Virus record (IMG/VR): IMGVR_UViG_3300021440_000028
Span: 1-52,405 of that record
Reading direction: 5' to 3' (one strand)
DNA length: 52,405 nt
Origin: a virus
Taxonomy: Duplodnaviria > Caudoviricetes
Below are positions 8,949 through 17,702 of this stretch, piece by piece; the first letter of the stretch is position 1; each line of letters opens with the position of its first letter. Under the pieces are notes generated by a model. The model was not told where the DNA came from. It worked only from the letters and a program-made list of their open reading frames with translations, and did not search any database. A program made the translations under genes and the position numbers.

Positions 8949-11824
8949 CCGCCATCGCCACCGCCTGCGCGCTGCTGGCCCTGCCGGCGGCGGTACAGGC
9001 CGACCCCATCTCGCTGATCGCCGCCGGGTCGGCAGCCGGCTTCACGGGCACCGCGGCGCTGGTCGCCGGCGCGATCGCCACCTATGGCGGCTACGTGCTG
9101 CTGGCTGCCAACATCTACGGCGGCATCGACGCCCGCCGGCGCGCCAAGAACGCGCAGCGCGACGCCACCCGCGCGTACAACGCCAGCGTCACCGATCGCA
9201 GCGTGACCGTGCCGCAAGGCACGCCACCCTGGCGCGTCGTCTACGGCGAGTGCATCACCGGCGGCGCCGTGGTGGCGATGTTCACCACGGACAAGACGAC
9301 CGCGGCATCCAGCGGCGGCGGCACCACAACGAAGCCGGACGGCCTGAAGCACCTGGTGATCCTGATGGCCTCGCACGAGGTCGAGGCGCTGGGCGAGTGC
9401 TTCATCGACGGCGTCAGCCTCGGCGCGCTGGACGCCGACGGCTACGCCACGGCCAGCGACTGGACCACGAACAGCGACAAGAAGCTGGTCACCGTCACCA
9501 TCACCGGCGGCTCGCTGACCGTGACCGCGCCGGCGACGTCGATCGTCAGCGCAGTCAGCAGCGGGTCGGATGAGTCGAACGGATCCTGGAGCGTTGACAG
9601 AACCGTCACGATTGGCGGCGGCGGCACCTTGCTGACCGTCACCGATGGGCTGGCCGAGGCCGGCGCCGTGACCGTGGTCTACGAGACCGCGCTCAACCCG
9701 GGCGTCATCCGTGTGCAGAAGCATCTGGGCACCGACAGCCAGACCGTCGACACCTACCTGAACGGCATCAAGCCGACCGAGTGGGACAGCAGCCATCGGC
9801 TGCGCGGCTGCGCCTACCTGGTCGTCACCCTGGATCTGGAGGACTCGCGATTCCAGGGTGGACCGCCGAATCTCACCTGCCGCGTCAAGGGCCGCAAGCT
9901 GTACGACCCGCGCAAGGACAGCACGAACGGCGGCACCGGCGCGCACCGCTACGCCGACCCGACCACCTGGGAATGGAGCGACAACCCAGCCCTGTGCACG
10001 CGCGACTGGATCGTCGGCGAGTACGGCATGGCCAGCGACAACGCCGACGTCGTCGACAGCTTCACCATCGCGGCAGCCAACGCCTGCGACGTGAGCATCA
10101 CGACCGACATCGGCGGCACGACGGCCGCCGATCGCACCTACCGCTGCAACGGCGTTGCCACGACCGAGGAATCGCGCGAGGCAGTGCTCGACAAGCTGGC
10201 CGACAGCATGGCCGGCTTTGCGATCTACGGCGCGCAGTGGCAGATCCTGGCCGGCGCCTGGACGCCGCCGGTGATGGATCTGACCGACGACGACCTAGAC
10301 GGCCAGATCGAGGTGCTGCAGGCCGGCGCGGGAATCGACGAGCTGGTCAATGGCGTGCGCGGAACCTACATCGGCGCCGACAGCGCCAGCCCGACAGACT
10401 TCGAGCCGTACCAGAACGCTACGTTCGTGACCGCCGACGGCGAGCCGCTGTGGCAGGACGTGGCGCTTCCGTTCACGAACAGCAAGCCGCACTGCGCCAA
10501 CATCGCGCGCATCCTTGTCGAGCGCGGCCGGAATAGCCAGGTCATCCAGTACCCGGCCAAGCTGCGCGCGTGGCCGCTACAGGTCGGCGACCGCGTGACC
10601 GTCACCAGCGCCGAATACGGCATCACGACGCCGAAGACCTACCGCGTCACCGACTGGCAGTTCGGCTTGTCCGCGCCGGTCACGCTGGCGCTGCAGGAAG
10701 ACGCGGCTGACGCCTACGACCTGGTCGATGCGGTCGAGGCCGATCCGACGCCCAACACCGACCTGCCGCCGCCGTGGCTGGTCGAGACCATCGCGCTGGC
10801 CGATCCTCAGAGCGGCACCGCGCACCTGGTGCGGGCAACTGACGGCACGATCACAACCCGCGTCTGGGTGTCGTGGTCCGCGCTGACCGGGGCCTACCTG
10901 CAGGACGGCCAGGGCATGGTCGTGATCCGCTGGCGCCGCGTCGGGACAGACGCGGAGTGGCGCGAGGTCGATGCCGACGCGGGCGACTCCGGCGCGTACC
11001 TGGTCGGCGCCCAGGACGGCGACCGGATCGTGGTCGAGGCCTGGGCGGCGAACAGCGCCGGCTTCCGCGGCCAGTCGGACACAAAGACGCACACGGTCAT
11101 CGGCAAGTCGGCGCCGCCGGCGGACGTGGCCGCCTTCACGGCGATTGAGTGGCCGCAAGGCGGCCGGGCGTACTACTGGGACATGCCGGCCGAACCGGAC
11201 CTCGACGGCTTCGTCGCCCGCTACTGCGACGCAACGCTCGACTACCCGTGGGGCCTGATGACGCCGCTGTGGGAGGCCGGCCGGCTGGACCGCAGCCGCC
11301 ACGCGCAGACGCCGGCCGATGGCGAGTGGGTCATCTCCATCAAGGCCCGCGACACCAGCGGTCACGAGAGCGCGAACGACAAGCGCATGACCATCCTGCT
11401 GGACGCTGGCGGCTTCGGCTCGCCCATCGCATCGATCGACGCCGGCGCGCTTGGCTGGCCTGGCACGAAGACCAACTGCGACGTCCTCGGCTACTACCTG
11501 ATCGAGATCGGCGCACTGACCTGGGACACGATCCCGACGACCTGGGACGCCTGGCTCGACTGGGATGGCGCCTCGGCCGGGTCGCTGGTCTATCAGCACA
11601 CGACGATCGACGTCGGCTCCTCGGCGGCCCGCCGCATCCGCGCTGGCCATGTCGCCGACGGCACCACCACCGTCGAGTACCAGAGCAGCACCGATGGCGT
11701 CAGCTACTCGGCATGGGCGGCGATCCCGTCCAGCACGGTCACCTTCCGCTACCTCCGCGTCCGCTGGACCGTGGCCGGCTCACTGCCGACCCTGTACCGC
11801 GCACAGGTCCGCATCTACTCCTGA
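8933..11824 (+). CDS. Tail tip / central tail fibre protein (gpJ-like)
   Basis: ATG 8933; VVYG, HRLRG.AY, KGRKLYDPR, WSDNPALC..D and FN3-like C-terminal motifs. Confidence 0.9.
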   Translation: MRNRLTAIATACALLALPAAVQADPISLIAAGSAAGFTGTAALVAGAIATYGGYVLLAANIYGGIDARRRAKNAQRDATRAYNASVTDRSVTVPQGTPPWRVVYGECITGGAVVAMFTTDKTTAASSGGGTTTKPDGLKHLVILMASHEVEALGECFIDGVSLGALDADGYATASDWTTNSDKKLVTVTITGGSLTVTAPATSIVSAVSSGSDESNGSWSVDRTVTIGGGGTLLTVTDGLAEAGAVTVVYETALNPGVIRVQKHLGTDSQTVDTYLNGIKPTEWDSSHRLRGCAYLVVTLDLEDSRFQGGPPNLTCRVKGRKLYDPRKDSTNGGTGAHRYADPTTWEWSDNPALCTRDWIVGEYGMASDNADVVDSFTIAAANACDVSITTDIGGTTAADRTYRCNGVATTEESREAVLDKLADSMAGFAIYGAQWQILAGAWTPPVMDLTDDDLDGQIEVLQAGAGIDELVNGVRGTYIGADSASPTDFEPYQNATFVTADGEPLWQDVALPFTNSKPHCANIARILVERGRNSQVIQYPAKLRAWPLQVGDRVTVTSAEYGITTPKTYRVTDWQFGLSAPVTLALQEDAADAYDLVDAVEADPTPNTDLPPPWLVETIALADPQSGTAHLVRATDGTITTRVWVSWSALTGAYLQDGQGMVVIRWRRVGTDAEWREVDADAGDSGAYLVGAQDGDRIVVEAWAANSAGFRGQSDTKTHTVIGKSAPPADVAAFTAIEWPQGGRAYYWDMPAEPDLDGFVARYCDATLDYPWGLMTPLWEAGRLDRSRHAQTPADGEWVISIKARDTSGHESANDKRMTILLDAGGFGSPIASIDAGALGWPGTKTNCDVLGYYLIEIGALTWDTIPTTWDAWLDWDGASAGSLVYQHTTIDVGSSAARRIRAGHVADGTTTVEYQSSTDGVSYSAWAAIPSSTVTFRYLRVRWTVAGSLPTLYRAQVRIYS

Positions 11825-11832
11825 GAGGCCCC

Positions 11833-12780
11833 ATGGCAGACATCAGCACCGCAAACCTCGACTCCGGCTCCGACAGCCCGCGGCTGGCCCGCGCCCAGCT
11901 GCTGGAGGTCGTGCAGCGCGTCAACGACTACGCCGACGAGTTCAGCGCGCCATTCCTGGCCGCTGGCAACGGGGCGCGGGACCAGAACAACGCCAGTGGC
12001 GACGCGGCGCACTTGTGGGAGGTCACGAACGACAACAGCGCCAACCAGGTGCTGCGGGTCAACAGCTATGGCGTGAGCGCCTTCGGCAACAACATGCACT
12101 GGTGCCGCTACAACGGCAGCGTCGCGTCGCCCAGCGCGATCGGCAGCGGGTCTTACCTGATGTCGATGGGCTTCCGCGGCTGGGACGGCTCGGGCGTGTT
12201 GTCGCAATCCGCTGCCGCCTTCCAGGTGCTGACGACCGAAGCCTGGAACTCTGGCGCGCACGGGCTGAAGTTCAACTTCGAGGTCAGCAAGGCAGGCACG
12301 GCCACGCGGCTGCCGGCCATGCAGATCTACGCCGGCAGCACGGACGGCGTGATCGTGCAGCTGGGCGACGGCACTGCGCTGTTGTCCCGGGTGCTGAACA
12401 ACAGCACCACGGGCGGCCTGCAGTTCCACGGCAGCTCGGACCAGAACGGCTCGCAGTCGATCTGGTACGGCAGCGCCCACGCGACGGTGGCGAACAACGC
12501 GCTGCACCGGGCCGACGTGCACCGATGGGAAAGCGTCGGCGCGACCGAGTACATGCGCCTGGACAGCGGCGGTCGGCTGGGCGTCAACACCGCGTCGCCG
12601 CACGCCTCGGCGCAGCTCGACGTGCAGTCGACCACCCGTGGTGTGCGCATGCCCAACATGACGACGACCCAGAAGAACGCAATCAGCAGCCCCGGTGCCG
12701 GCTTGATGGTCTTCGACACCACCCTGGGCAAGCTGTGCGTCTACACCGGCTCTGCCTGGCAGACCATCACCTCGGTGTGA
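11833..12780 (+). CDS. Tail fibre / receptor-binding protein
   Basis: ATG 11833 with GAGG RBS; ISTANLDSG.DSP..AR anchor; C-terminal G..P.MTT.QKNAI.SP..GLMVFDTTL.KLCVY.G..W motif. Confidence 0.75.
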   Translation: MADISTANLDSGSDSPRLARAQLLEVVQRVNDYADEFSAPFLAAGNGARDQNNASGDAAHLWEVTNDNSANQVLRVNSYGVSAFGNNMHWCRYNGSVASPSAIGSGSYLMSMGFRGWDGSGVLSQSAAAFQVLTTEAWNSGAHGLKFNFEVSKAGTATRLPAMQIYAGSTDGVIVQLGDGTALLSRVLNNSTTGGLQFHGSSDQNGSQSIWYGSAHATVANNALHRADVHRWESVGATEYMRLDSGGRLGVNTASPHASAQLDVQSTTRGVRMPNMTTTQKNAISSPGAGLMVFDTTLGKLCVYTGSAWQTITSV

Positions 12781-12796
12781 TTGCGAGGTCAGGGCC

Positions 12797-13138
12797 ATGA
12801 ATGATGCGCAGCACAACGCATTCCAGGACTACACCGTCGGCCAGTTTGACCGGGTGGATTCCGAGTTGGCAGCCATGAAGCAGGCGAATGCCGAAGCCAT
12901 CGCCGCGGCGGTCGAGGCTGGGATCATGGCCGCCGCCAGTAACCCGGCGCTCTGGCAGGCTGCAGGCGCCGCCATGCGACAGCAGGCGCAGAGCGCTGCC
13001 GGTGGCTGGCTGCTGGGCGGGCTGTTCAAGGCGCTGAAGCAGGTTGCCTGGATTGCGGTTTTTGTCCTGGCCGCTTACCAGTTTGCAGGTTGGGCCGGCG
13101 TGATGGGTCTCCTGAAAACCCAGGCGGTGCAGCCATGA
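12797..13138 (+). CDS. Membrane protein, holin/antiholin-like
   Basis: C-terminal hydrophobic helix; lysis-module position. Confidence 0.45.
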   Translation: MNDAQHNAFQDYTVGQFDRVDSELAAMKQANAEAIAAAVEAGIMAAASNPALWQAAGAAMRQQAQSAAGGWLLGGLFKALKQVAWIAVFVLAAYQFAGWAGVMGLLKTQAVQP

Positions 13139-13347
13139 AGCCAGCCGCCTGGTACACCGCGGCTGTCACAGCCGCCATTCTTCCGCTGGTCTACTGGACC
13201 ACCTGGCGCGTGCTGACCGGGCCGTTCAGCGTCGAAGTGCAGAGCATGGTCGTTGGCGCCGTCGTCAGCGGCGGGCTGTCCAGCGTCACAGGGTTTTGGC
13301 TCGGTTCATCGGCCAGCAGCCAGCGCAAGGACGAGCGCGGCGGGTGA
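13135..13347 (+). CDS. Putative two-TM holin
   Basis: ATG 13135 (ATGA overlap); two hydrophobic segments then GFWLGSSASSQRKD, a holin-like C-terminus. Confidence 0.6.
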   Translation: MKPAAWYTAAVTAAILPLVYWTTWRVLTGPFSVEVQSMVVGAVVSGGLSSVTGFWLGSSASSQRKDERGG

Positions 13348-13378
13348 TCTTCAGCCCGGCGCTACAGTCGCGCCGACG

Positions 13379-13594
13379 ATGCTGCCACCCATCCCGCCCG
13401 TCTTCCAGCGCGACCCCCGCAGCCCGGCAGTGCTGCCGCGCGGCTGCGAATCCCTGGTGGCGTTTCGCTCCACCGGCTGGCCCGTGGCCCTCGTCATCCC
13501 GGCCGACTCAGGGCTGATGGATCCGGCCTGTGGCTACTGGCACGGCTTTGCTGCGGCGAACAGCGACGGCCCACCGGATCACGCCGGCGCATAG
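13379..13594 (+). CDS. Hypothetical protein
   Basis: ATG-started ORF filling the gap; no motif recognised. Confidence 0.35.
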   Translation: MLPPIPPVFQRDPRSPAVLPRGCESLVAFRSTGWPVALVIPADSGLMDPACGYWHGFAAANSDGPPDHAGA

Positions 13595-13926
13595 CTCGGG
13601 TCGCGCACCACCGCCGACGGCGGATCTGGGTCGTACGGCCGCGGCGGGCCGCCGCTGACAAGCCGGCACCACCACTCCTGGACGTGGCGCTCGCCGTCGG
13701 TCACCTCGACGCCGGCCAGCACCATGCTGCTGCCGGCGATCCGACCGACCGTGACGCGCTCCATGCGCGCCAGCTCGGCGCCGGCTGCGGTCAGGGTGGC
13801 GATCAGGCCGTAGCGGGCGCCGGTGTCGGTGGTGGCCACGTCGCCACGCACAGGCACCTCGCGCAGTACGTCGGCGCGCAGGAGTCGGCGGCCCTCACGG
13901 CGCAGAAGAACAACGTCGAACAGCAT
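13579..13926 (-). CDS. Hypothetical protein next to attP
   Basis: 115 aa ORF with a globular composition and MVLAGVE...QEWWC segment. Confidence 0.6.
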   Translation of the reverse strand: MLFDVVLLRREGRRLLRADVLREVPVRGDVATTDTGARYGLIATLTAAGAELARMERVTVGRIAGSSMVLAGVEVTDGERHVQEWWCRLVSGGPPRPYDPDPPSAVVRDPSYAPA

Positions 13927-14020
13927 GCCGAGAGGGTAGGGCGGAGGTGGATCAGAAACTGTGCCAGGGCTGCTGGATATTGGACAGCGTCCAACTGGCG
14001 TTCAATATCCGGCAAGTTAG

Positions 14021-14058
14021 AAAAGAAAAAGGCACCTAGCCTTGTGGGCTAAGTGCCT
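14021..14058 (-). terminator. Intrinsic terminator downstream of the tRNA-Asn 3' half
   Basis: AGGCAC-C-TAGCC/GGCTA-A-GTGCCT stem, followed by TTTTTCTTTT on the minus strand. Confidence 0.75.
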
Positions 14059-14077
14059 GTTTCATATCGGTTTTCTT

Positions 14078-14122
14078 TGGCTCCCCGACCTGGGCTCGAA
14101 CCAGGGACCTACGGATTAACAG
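14078..14122 (-). other. attP core: 3' half of tRNA-Asn(GTT), anticodon loop to CCA
   Basis: Minus strand reads CTGTTAATCCGTAGGTCCCTGGTTCGAGCCCAGGTCGGGGAGCCA; there is no 5' half; adjacent to the integrase. Confidence 0.92.
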
Positions 14123-14255
14123 GCGGCGGGTGCAATCGGGCTGGACTCCGCGCCAATGCTCAAAATCTGCCGGTGCACCTCCAATATATCCGAGGCCCCG
14201 TTACAAATTTCTACCTGCGGACGCCCTGCTCGAAACTACTGGATATTGAACACCG

Positions 14256-15341
14256 TCAGGCCGTGATTTTCCGGTCGTTCGGCGCTACGGTCTGCGTCCA
14301 CCTGGCCTTGATGTAGATCTCGGTCGTGCTGGCCTTCGAGTGGCCGCACAGCAGCTGGATGCGCTCGATCGGCTCGCCGGCCAGCCACATGTCAGTGGCG
14401 CCCTTGCCCTTCAGGTCGCGAAAGCCGAAGGCGGGCATCTTGGCCAGCGCCTTGTGCTTCTGCCGGGCCTTGCCCTGGGCCCGCTTCAGCATCGCGCTGA
14501 TCCCGCTGTAGCTGTAGGCCTCGCCGGTCAGCGTGTGCACGATTGGTTGATGCAGCACCGGCACGGCACCGATGGCCTGATCCAGCAGCGCGGCCAGGTC
14601 TCCGGTCACCGCAATCTGCACGCCGCGGCCGGTCTTGCGCTGCTGGAACGCCAGCACGCGGCCACCCTCGGGCGACTGCTTCACCACCGCCGCCGTCCAG
14701 CCCAGGATGTCGGACTCGGGGCGCTGCAGGGTGCGATAGGTCAGCTCCATCAACAGCCGCACGGTGGGGGGCGCCTCTTCGTAGACGGCCTGGTACTCAG
14801 CATCGGTCACGTAGCGGGCGCGTGCGGTTTCGCTGTTGCGCTGGATGCCGCTCGCTCGCATGCACGGGTTGATCTTCAGGCCGCCGTGCCGGTTGCGCAG
14901 CATCCAGCTGATGCACGACGACAGCGCCGCGCGCTCGCGGTTGGCGCGGACCGCCCGGCCTTCTTTCGCCCCCTCCTTCAGGTAGGCGTCGATGTGGTGG
15001 GGCTCGATCTGCTGCGGCAGGAAGTGGCCGAAGATCTGGCGCAGCATGCCCGGTTCGTCGGCCGTGCCGAACGCATCCTGGTAGTCCTTCAGGGTGCGCT
15101 CGCTGCGGAGCTTGGCGCGAACCTGCTGCTCGAAGTCCAGCAGGAACTGCTGCATGAACCAGGTCATCGTGCCGTAGGTGCCTGTCGGGTCAGCGTAGTG
15201 CTCGGCTTTGCGCTTCGCCGCGGCCAGGTCCTTGCCCAGGTTCTCCCACTTGCCTGACCGGTGGGCGTAGAAGAACGAGCCGTGGCGCAGGTACACCCGC
15301 TGCGGCAGGCCCAGGCTGTCGTCCTTACGCTTTCTGCCCAC
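14256..15341 (-). CDS. int: Tyrosine integrase
   Basis: TLQR, F.QRKTG, FRDLKGKGATD, LCGH and T.IY catalytic motifs; ends next to attP. Confidence 0.93.
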   Translation of the reverse strand: MGRKRKDDSLGLPQRVYLRHGSFFYAHRSGKWENLGKDLAAAKRKAEHYADPTGTYGTMTWFMQQFLLDFEQQVRAKLRSERTLKDYQDAFGTADEPGMLRQIFGHFLPQQIEPHHIDAYLKEGAKEGRAVRANRERAALSSCISWMLRNRHGGLKINPCMRASGIQRNSETARARYVTDAEYQAVYEEAPPTVRLLMELTYRTLQRPESDILGWTAAVVKQSPEGGRVLAFQQRKTGRGVQIAVTGDLAALLDQAIGAVPVLHQPIVHTLTGEAYSYSGISAMLKRAQGKARQKHKALAKMPAFGFRDLKGKGATDMWLAGEPIERIQLLCGHSKASTTEIYIKARWTQTVAPNDRKITA

Positions 15342-15618
15342 GCTTCACCCCCCCGCGCCGCATGGCCGACAGGTCAAATACCGGGGCCGGCAGTTTCCCG
15401 TCCGCATCGGCCCCGCTGGCATCGTTCGCCGGCATCATGCGCCCAGCGCCCAGCACGCGCTCCAACTCGCTGCGCATCAGCAGCGGCCGGCCGTTGGGCT
15501 TGCGCTCGACGTGCAGGCCCAGGCGCTTCAGGTAGCGCAGCTGCGCGGCCGGCTGCTCCAGGCCATCGCACAGTGCCTGCAGCTCGGCGTCGGAGAGGAA
15601 GGGAAGGGCGGCGGTCAT
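15325..15618 (-). CDS. Putative excisionase (DUF4224-like)
   Basis: FLSD.EL..L..L.QPAAQ.RYL..LG....KPNGRP.L motif; directly upstream of int. Confidence 0.75.
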   Translation of the reverse strand: MTAALPFLSDAELQALCDGLEQPAAQLRYLKRLGLHVERKPNGRPLLMRSELERVLGAGRMMPANDASGADADGKLPAPVFDLSAMRRGGVKRGQKA

Positions 15619-16007
15619 GGCTTGGCGTCCTCGGTGTCGGCCGGGCTGTACTCGTGCTGCGCCAGCAGCGCCATCACGGCGGCCGGCAGCGGCGTCGCGG
15701 CAAGCTGCGTCCGCACGCTGGCCCAGCCAGCGCAGATCCGGCCATCCAGCGGCGCGTGGCACAGAAAGGGCTTGCCCTCGGCCGCAGCCTTCAGGAAGTC
15801 GAGCTGCGTCTGCAGGCAACCGTTCGGCACGCTGCCGGGCTGGCACGCGCAGGTCTTGCACATCTCGTCGCGCAGGCCTGGCGCCTTGATGGCATCCAGG
15901 CCCAGGGCGACCAGGCGGGCGCGACCCAGCTCGGCCAGGCGTGCGGCGCTCTTGCCCATGGCGCGGCCCTGCGGGCTGACGCGGCTGTGGTGCTTGTCGC
16001 CGCTCAT
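15615..16007 (-). CDS. Cys-rich hypothetical protein
   Basis: CKTCAC..PFLCH..ICAGW; coupled overlaps with neighbours. Confidence 0.7.
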   Translation of the reverse strand: MSGDKHHSRVSPQGRAMGKSAARLAELGRARLVALGLDAIKAPGLRDEMCKTCACQPGSVPNGCLQTQLDFLKAAAEGKPFLCHAPLDGRICAGWASVRTQLAATPLPAAVMALLAQHEYSPADTEDAKP

Positions 16008-16270
16008 TGGATCGGCCTCAGCGTCGCCGGCTTCTTCGGCATGCTGCGCAGCACGAACTGCGCGGTGCCCAGCAGGCGATCGAATGCCGTGTCGGCACCC
16101 TCGGCGTTGGCCATCATCACGCCGGTGACACTGGCCAGCTTCATCAGGTAGTTCCCCATCGCCACGGGGTCAGGGCAGGCCATCCGGCAGGCGGTCAGGT
16201 AGTCGCCGACGGCCTTCTTCGCCAGTTCCTCGGCCTCGGCTGGCGTGGCGGGCTTCTTCGGTTCGGTCAT
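16004..16270 (-). CDS. Hypothetical protein whose C-terminus is duplicated in 18672-18980
   Basis: ATG 16270; GGAG RBS; overlaps both neighbours. Confidence 0.7.
   Translation of the reverse strand: MTEPKKPATPAEAEELAKKAVGDYLTACRMACPDPVAMGNYLMKLASVTGVMMANAEGADTAFDRLLGTAQFVLRSMPKKPATLRPIQ
16026..16144. repeat. 119-bp imperfect direct repeat, copy 1
   Basis: Aligns without gaps to 18694-18812. Confidence 0.9.
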
Positions 16271-16515
16271 CACAGCTCCAGGCTTCCCTGCGCCGGTGCG
16301 CCTTGTGCGGCGCACGTCGGGCAGAGGTGGGTGTCGGGGCCGGTCACCGTGGCGCACTGCGCGCACAGGTGCCGGCTGCAGGTGCCGCTGCGGCGCCTGG
16401 TCGGCGCGTCGCACTGGAACGCCGACGGCTTGCCGCAGGCGCAGCGCGGGCGCGGCGTGCGGCTGCAGATGAAGCCGTTGGCGCCGCCTTGCAGGGTGAA
16501 GGGGGTGCAGGGCAT
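16270..16515 (-). CDS. Small zinc-finger-like protein
   Basis: MPCTPF...CACG..CD..CSRHLCAQC..LCPTC. Confidence 0.7.
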   Translation of the reverse strand: MPCTPFTLQGGANGFICSRTPRPRCACGKPSAFQCDAPTRRRSGTCSRHLCAQCATVTGPDTHLCPTCAAQGAPAQGSLEL

Positions 16516-16517
16516 GG

Positions 16518-16793
16518 TCAGCCTCCAGACGGCGCGGCGTCGATCGGCACGACCACGGTGCGGTGAGTCTTCGCGCAGTCGGCGCAGATCACGGCCCAGT
16601 CGCCGAGCCGGTCCAGACGCATGCCCCACTTCTCGCACTTCTCGGGCGTGTCGAACTGGTCGGCGCCGGCGTTGCGGTAGGCGGGGCCGTGCGGCCAGCG
16701 CGGATCGCCCGGGCCATGCGCGTGGTTCAGTTTGGCGTCGTAGAAGGCCTTGCCTTCGCAGACGTCGCACAGTCGGTAGTCAGCGTAGGCCAT
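16518..16793 (-). CDS. Small zinc-ribbon-like protein
   Basis: MAYADYRLCDVC..K.FYDA and GDWAVICADC. Confidence 0.7.
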   Translation of the reverse strand: MAYADYRLCDVCEGKAFYDAKLNHAHGPGDPRWPHGPAYRNAGADQFDTPEKCEKWGMRLDRLGDWAVICADCAKTHRTVVVPIDAAPSGG

Positions 16794-16795
16794 GG

Positions 16796-17143
16796 TCAGA
16801 ACGGGATCGAGTCGTCGAACTCGCCCAGGTCCAGCACGCGCGGCACCAGCTGCTCGCCGGTGAGCTTGCCGCCCAGCGTCGTGTGGCTGTGCACCGTGAC
16901 CATGCGCGCGGCTGCCACGGCCTGGAAGATCACGAAGACCTTCCCGGCGCCCTTGGTGCTGGCCAGCCGCTGCGCCTCGCGCTCGGCGGTCTCCAGGTCC
17001 GGCTGGAGGATCGCCGGCTGGCGGCCCGCGGGGATGCGCAACGGGCCGGTGGTGCCGAACCGCGGCGGCTCGCCAGTGAACAGCGATGGCCAGGCCTCGA
17101 CGTCGCTGCACTCGACGATCAGGCAGGGGGTCGGGTCAGCCAT
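16796..17143 (-). CDS. Hypothetical protein with acidic DDSIPF tail
   Basis: ATG 17143 after GGAGG; AEREA.RLA motif. Confidence 0.65.
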   Translation of the reverse strand: MADPTPCLIVECSDVEAWPSLFTGEPPRFGTTGPLRIPAGRQPAILQPDLETAEREAQRLASTKGAGKVFVIFQAVAAARMVTVHSHTTLGGKLTGEQLVPRVLDLGEFDDSIPF

Positions 17144-17702
17144 GGGCCACCTCCAGCCGCTTGAACTCGACCACCCACAGCCACGGATTTGCCTCGACGC
17201 TGCCCGGGCCGTTGATCGCCTCCCACAGGCTGAAGTAGCTCTGCCGCGGGTCGGCTGCGTGGTAGTGCTCGCCGGCGGGTAGGCCCCAGCCGTCGTACGT
17301 CTGCACGATGCCCTCGGCGATTGCATCCGCCTCGCTGATCGCCTGCAGCCGCTCGACGCGCACCCTGGTGATATCCAGGGTGATGCGCGACGCGGCGCGC
17401 GGCATGTGGATGCTCGGCTTCCACGGGCCGCCGTAGTCGGTGCGGCTGTCGCTCTCTCGGTACACCACCACGATGGCGCCGGTGGCGTCCTGCGCGACCT
17501 TCGTGCGGGCCCAGGCTTCGCGCACCCACAGCCGGTCGCCGGGCTGTCCGTAGGGGCAAGCAGCGGTCGGTGGCGCGAACTCTTCACCGCCATCGGCGAG
17601 CCGCCAGCGATCCATCTTCACGGCACGCCGCGTCTGCGTCTTCGTGCCGGCCAGCAGGGCGCGCACCATCGGCGCGCTGAACAGGATGGGGCGGTCAGCC
17701 AC
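17136..17702 (-). CDS. ASCH/PUA-like phage protein
   Basis: RPILFSAPMVRALL.G.KTQTRR, GDRLWVRE and WKPSIHMPR.ASRI.L motifs. Confidence 0.85.
   Translation of the reverse strand: MADRPILFSAPMVRALLAGTKTQTRRAVKMDRWRLADGGEEFAPPTAACPYGQPGDRLWVREAWARTKVAQDATGAIVVVYRESDSRTDYGGPWKPSIHMPRAASRITLDITRVRVERLQAISEADAIAEGIVQTYDGWGLPAGEHYHAADPRQSYFSLWEAINGPGSVEANPWLWVVEFKRLEVAHG

Larger units (their letters stand above)
13973..14251. promoter_or_regulatory. attP region with putative integrase arm-type sites CYGGATATTGRAC
   Basis: Copies at 13973-13985, 14000-14012 (inverted) and 14239-14251, plus a variant at 14180-14192 (inverted), flank the tRNA core. Confidence 0.7.

Noticed and set aside
13973-13987. 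LexA/SOS box CTGGATATTGGACAG
   Set aside because: It is 15 bp rather than 16 bp, and the same core recurs around attP, so it fits an integrase arm site better.
14078-14122. Functional phage tRNA-Asn gene
   Set aside because: Only the 3' half is present, with no acceptor 5' strand or D-arm, so it is the attP core.
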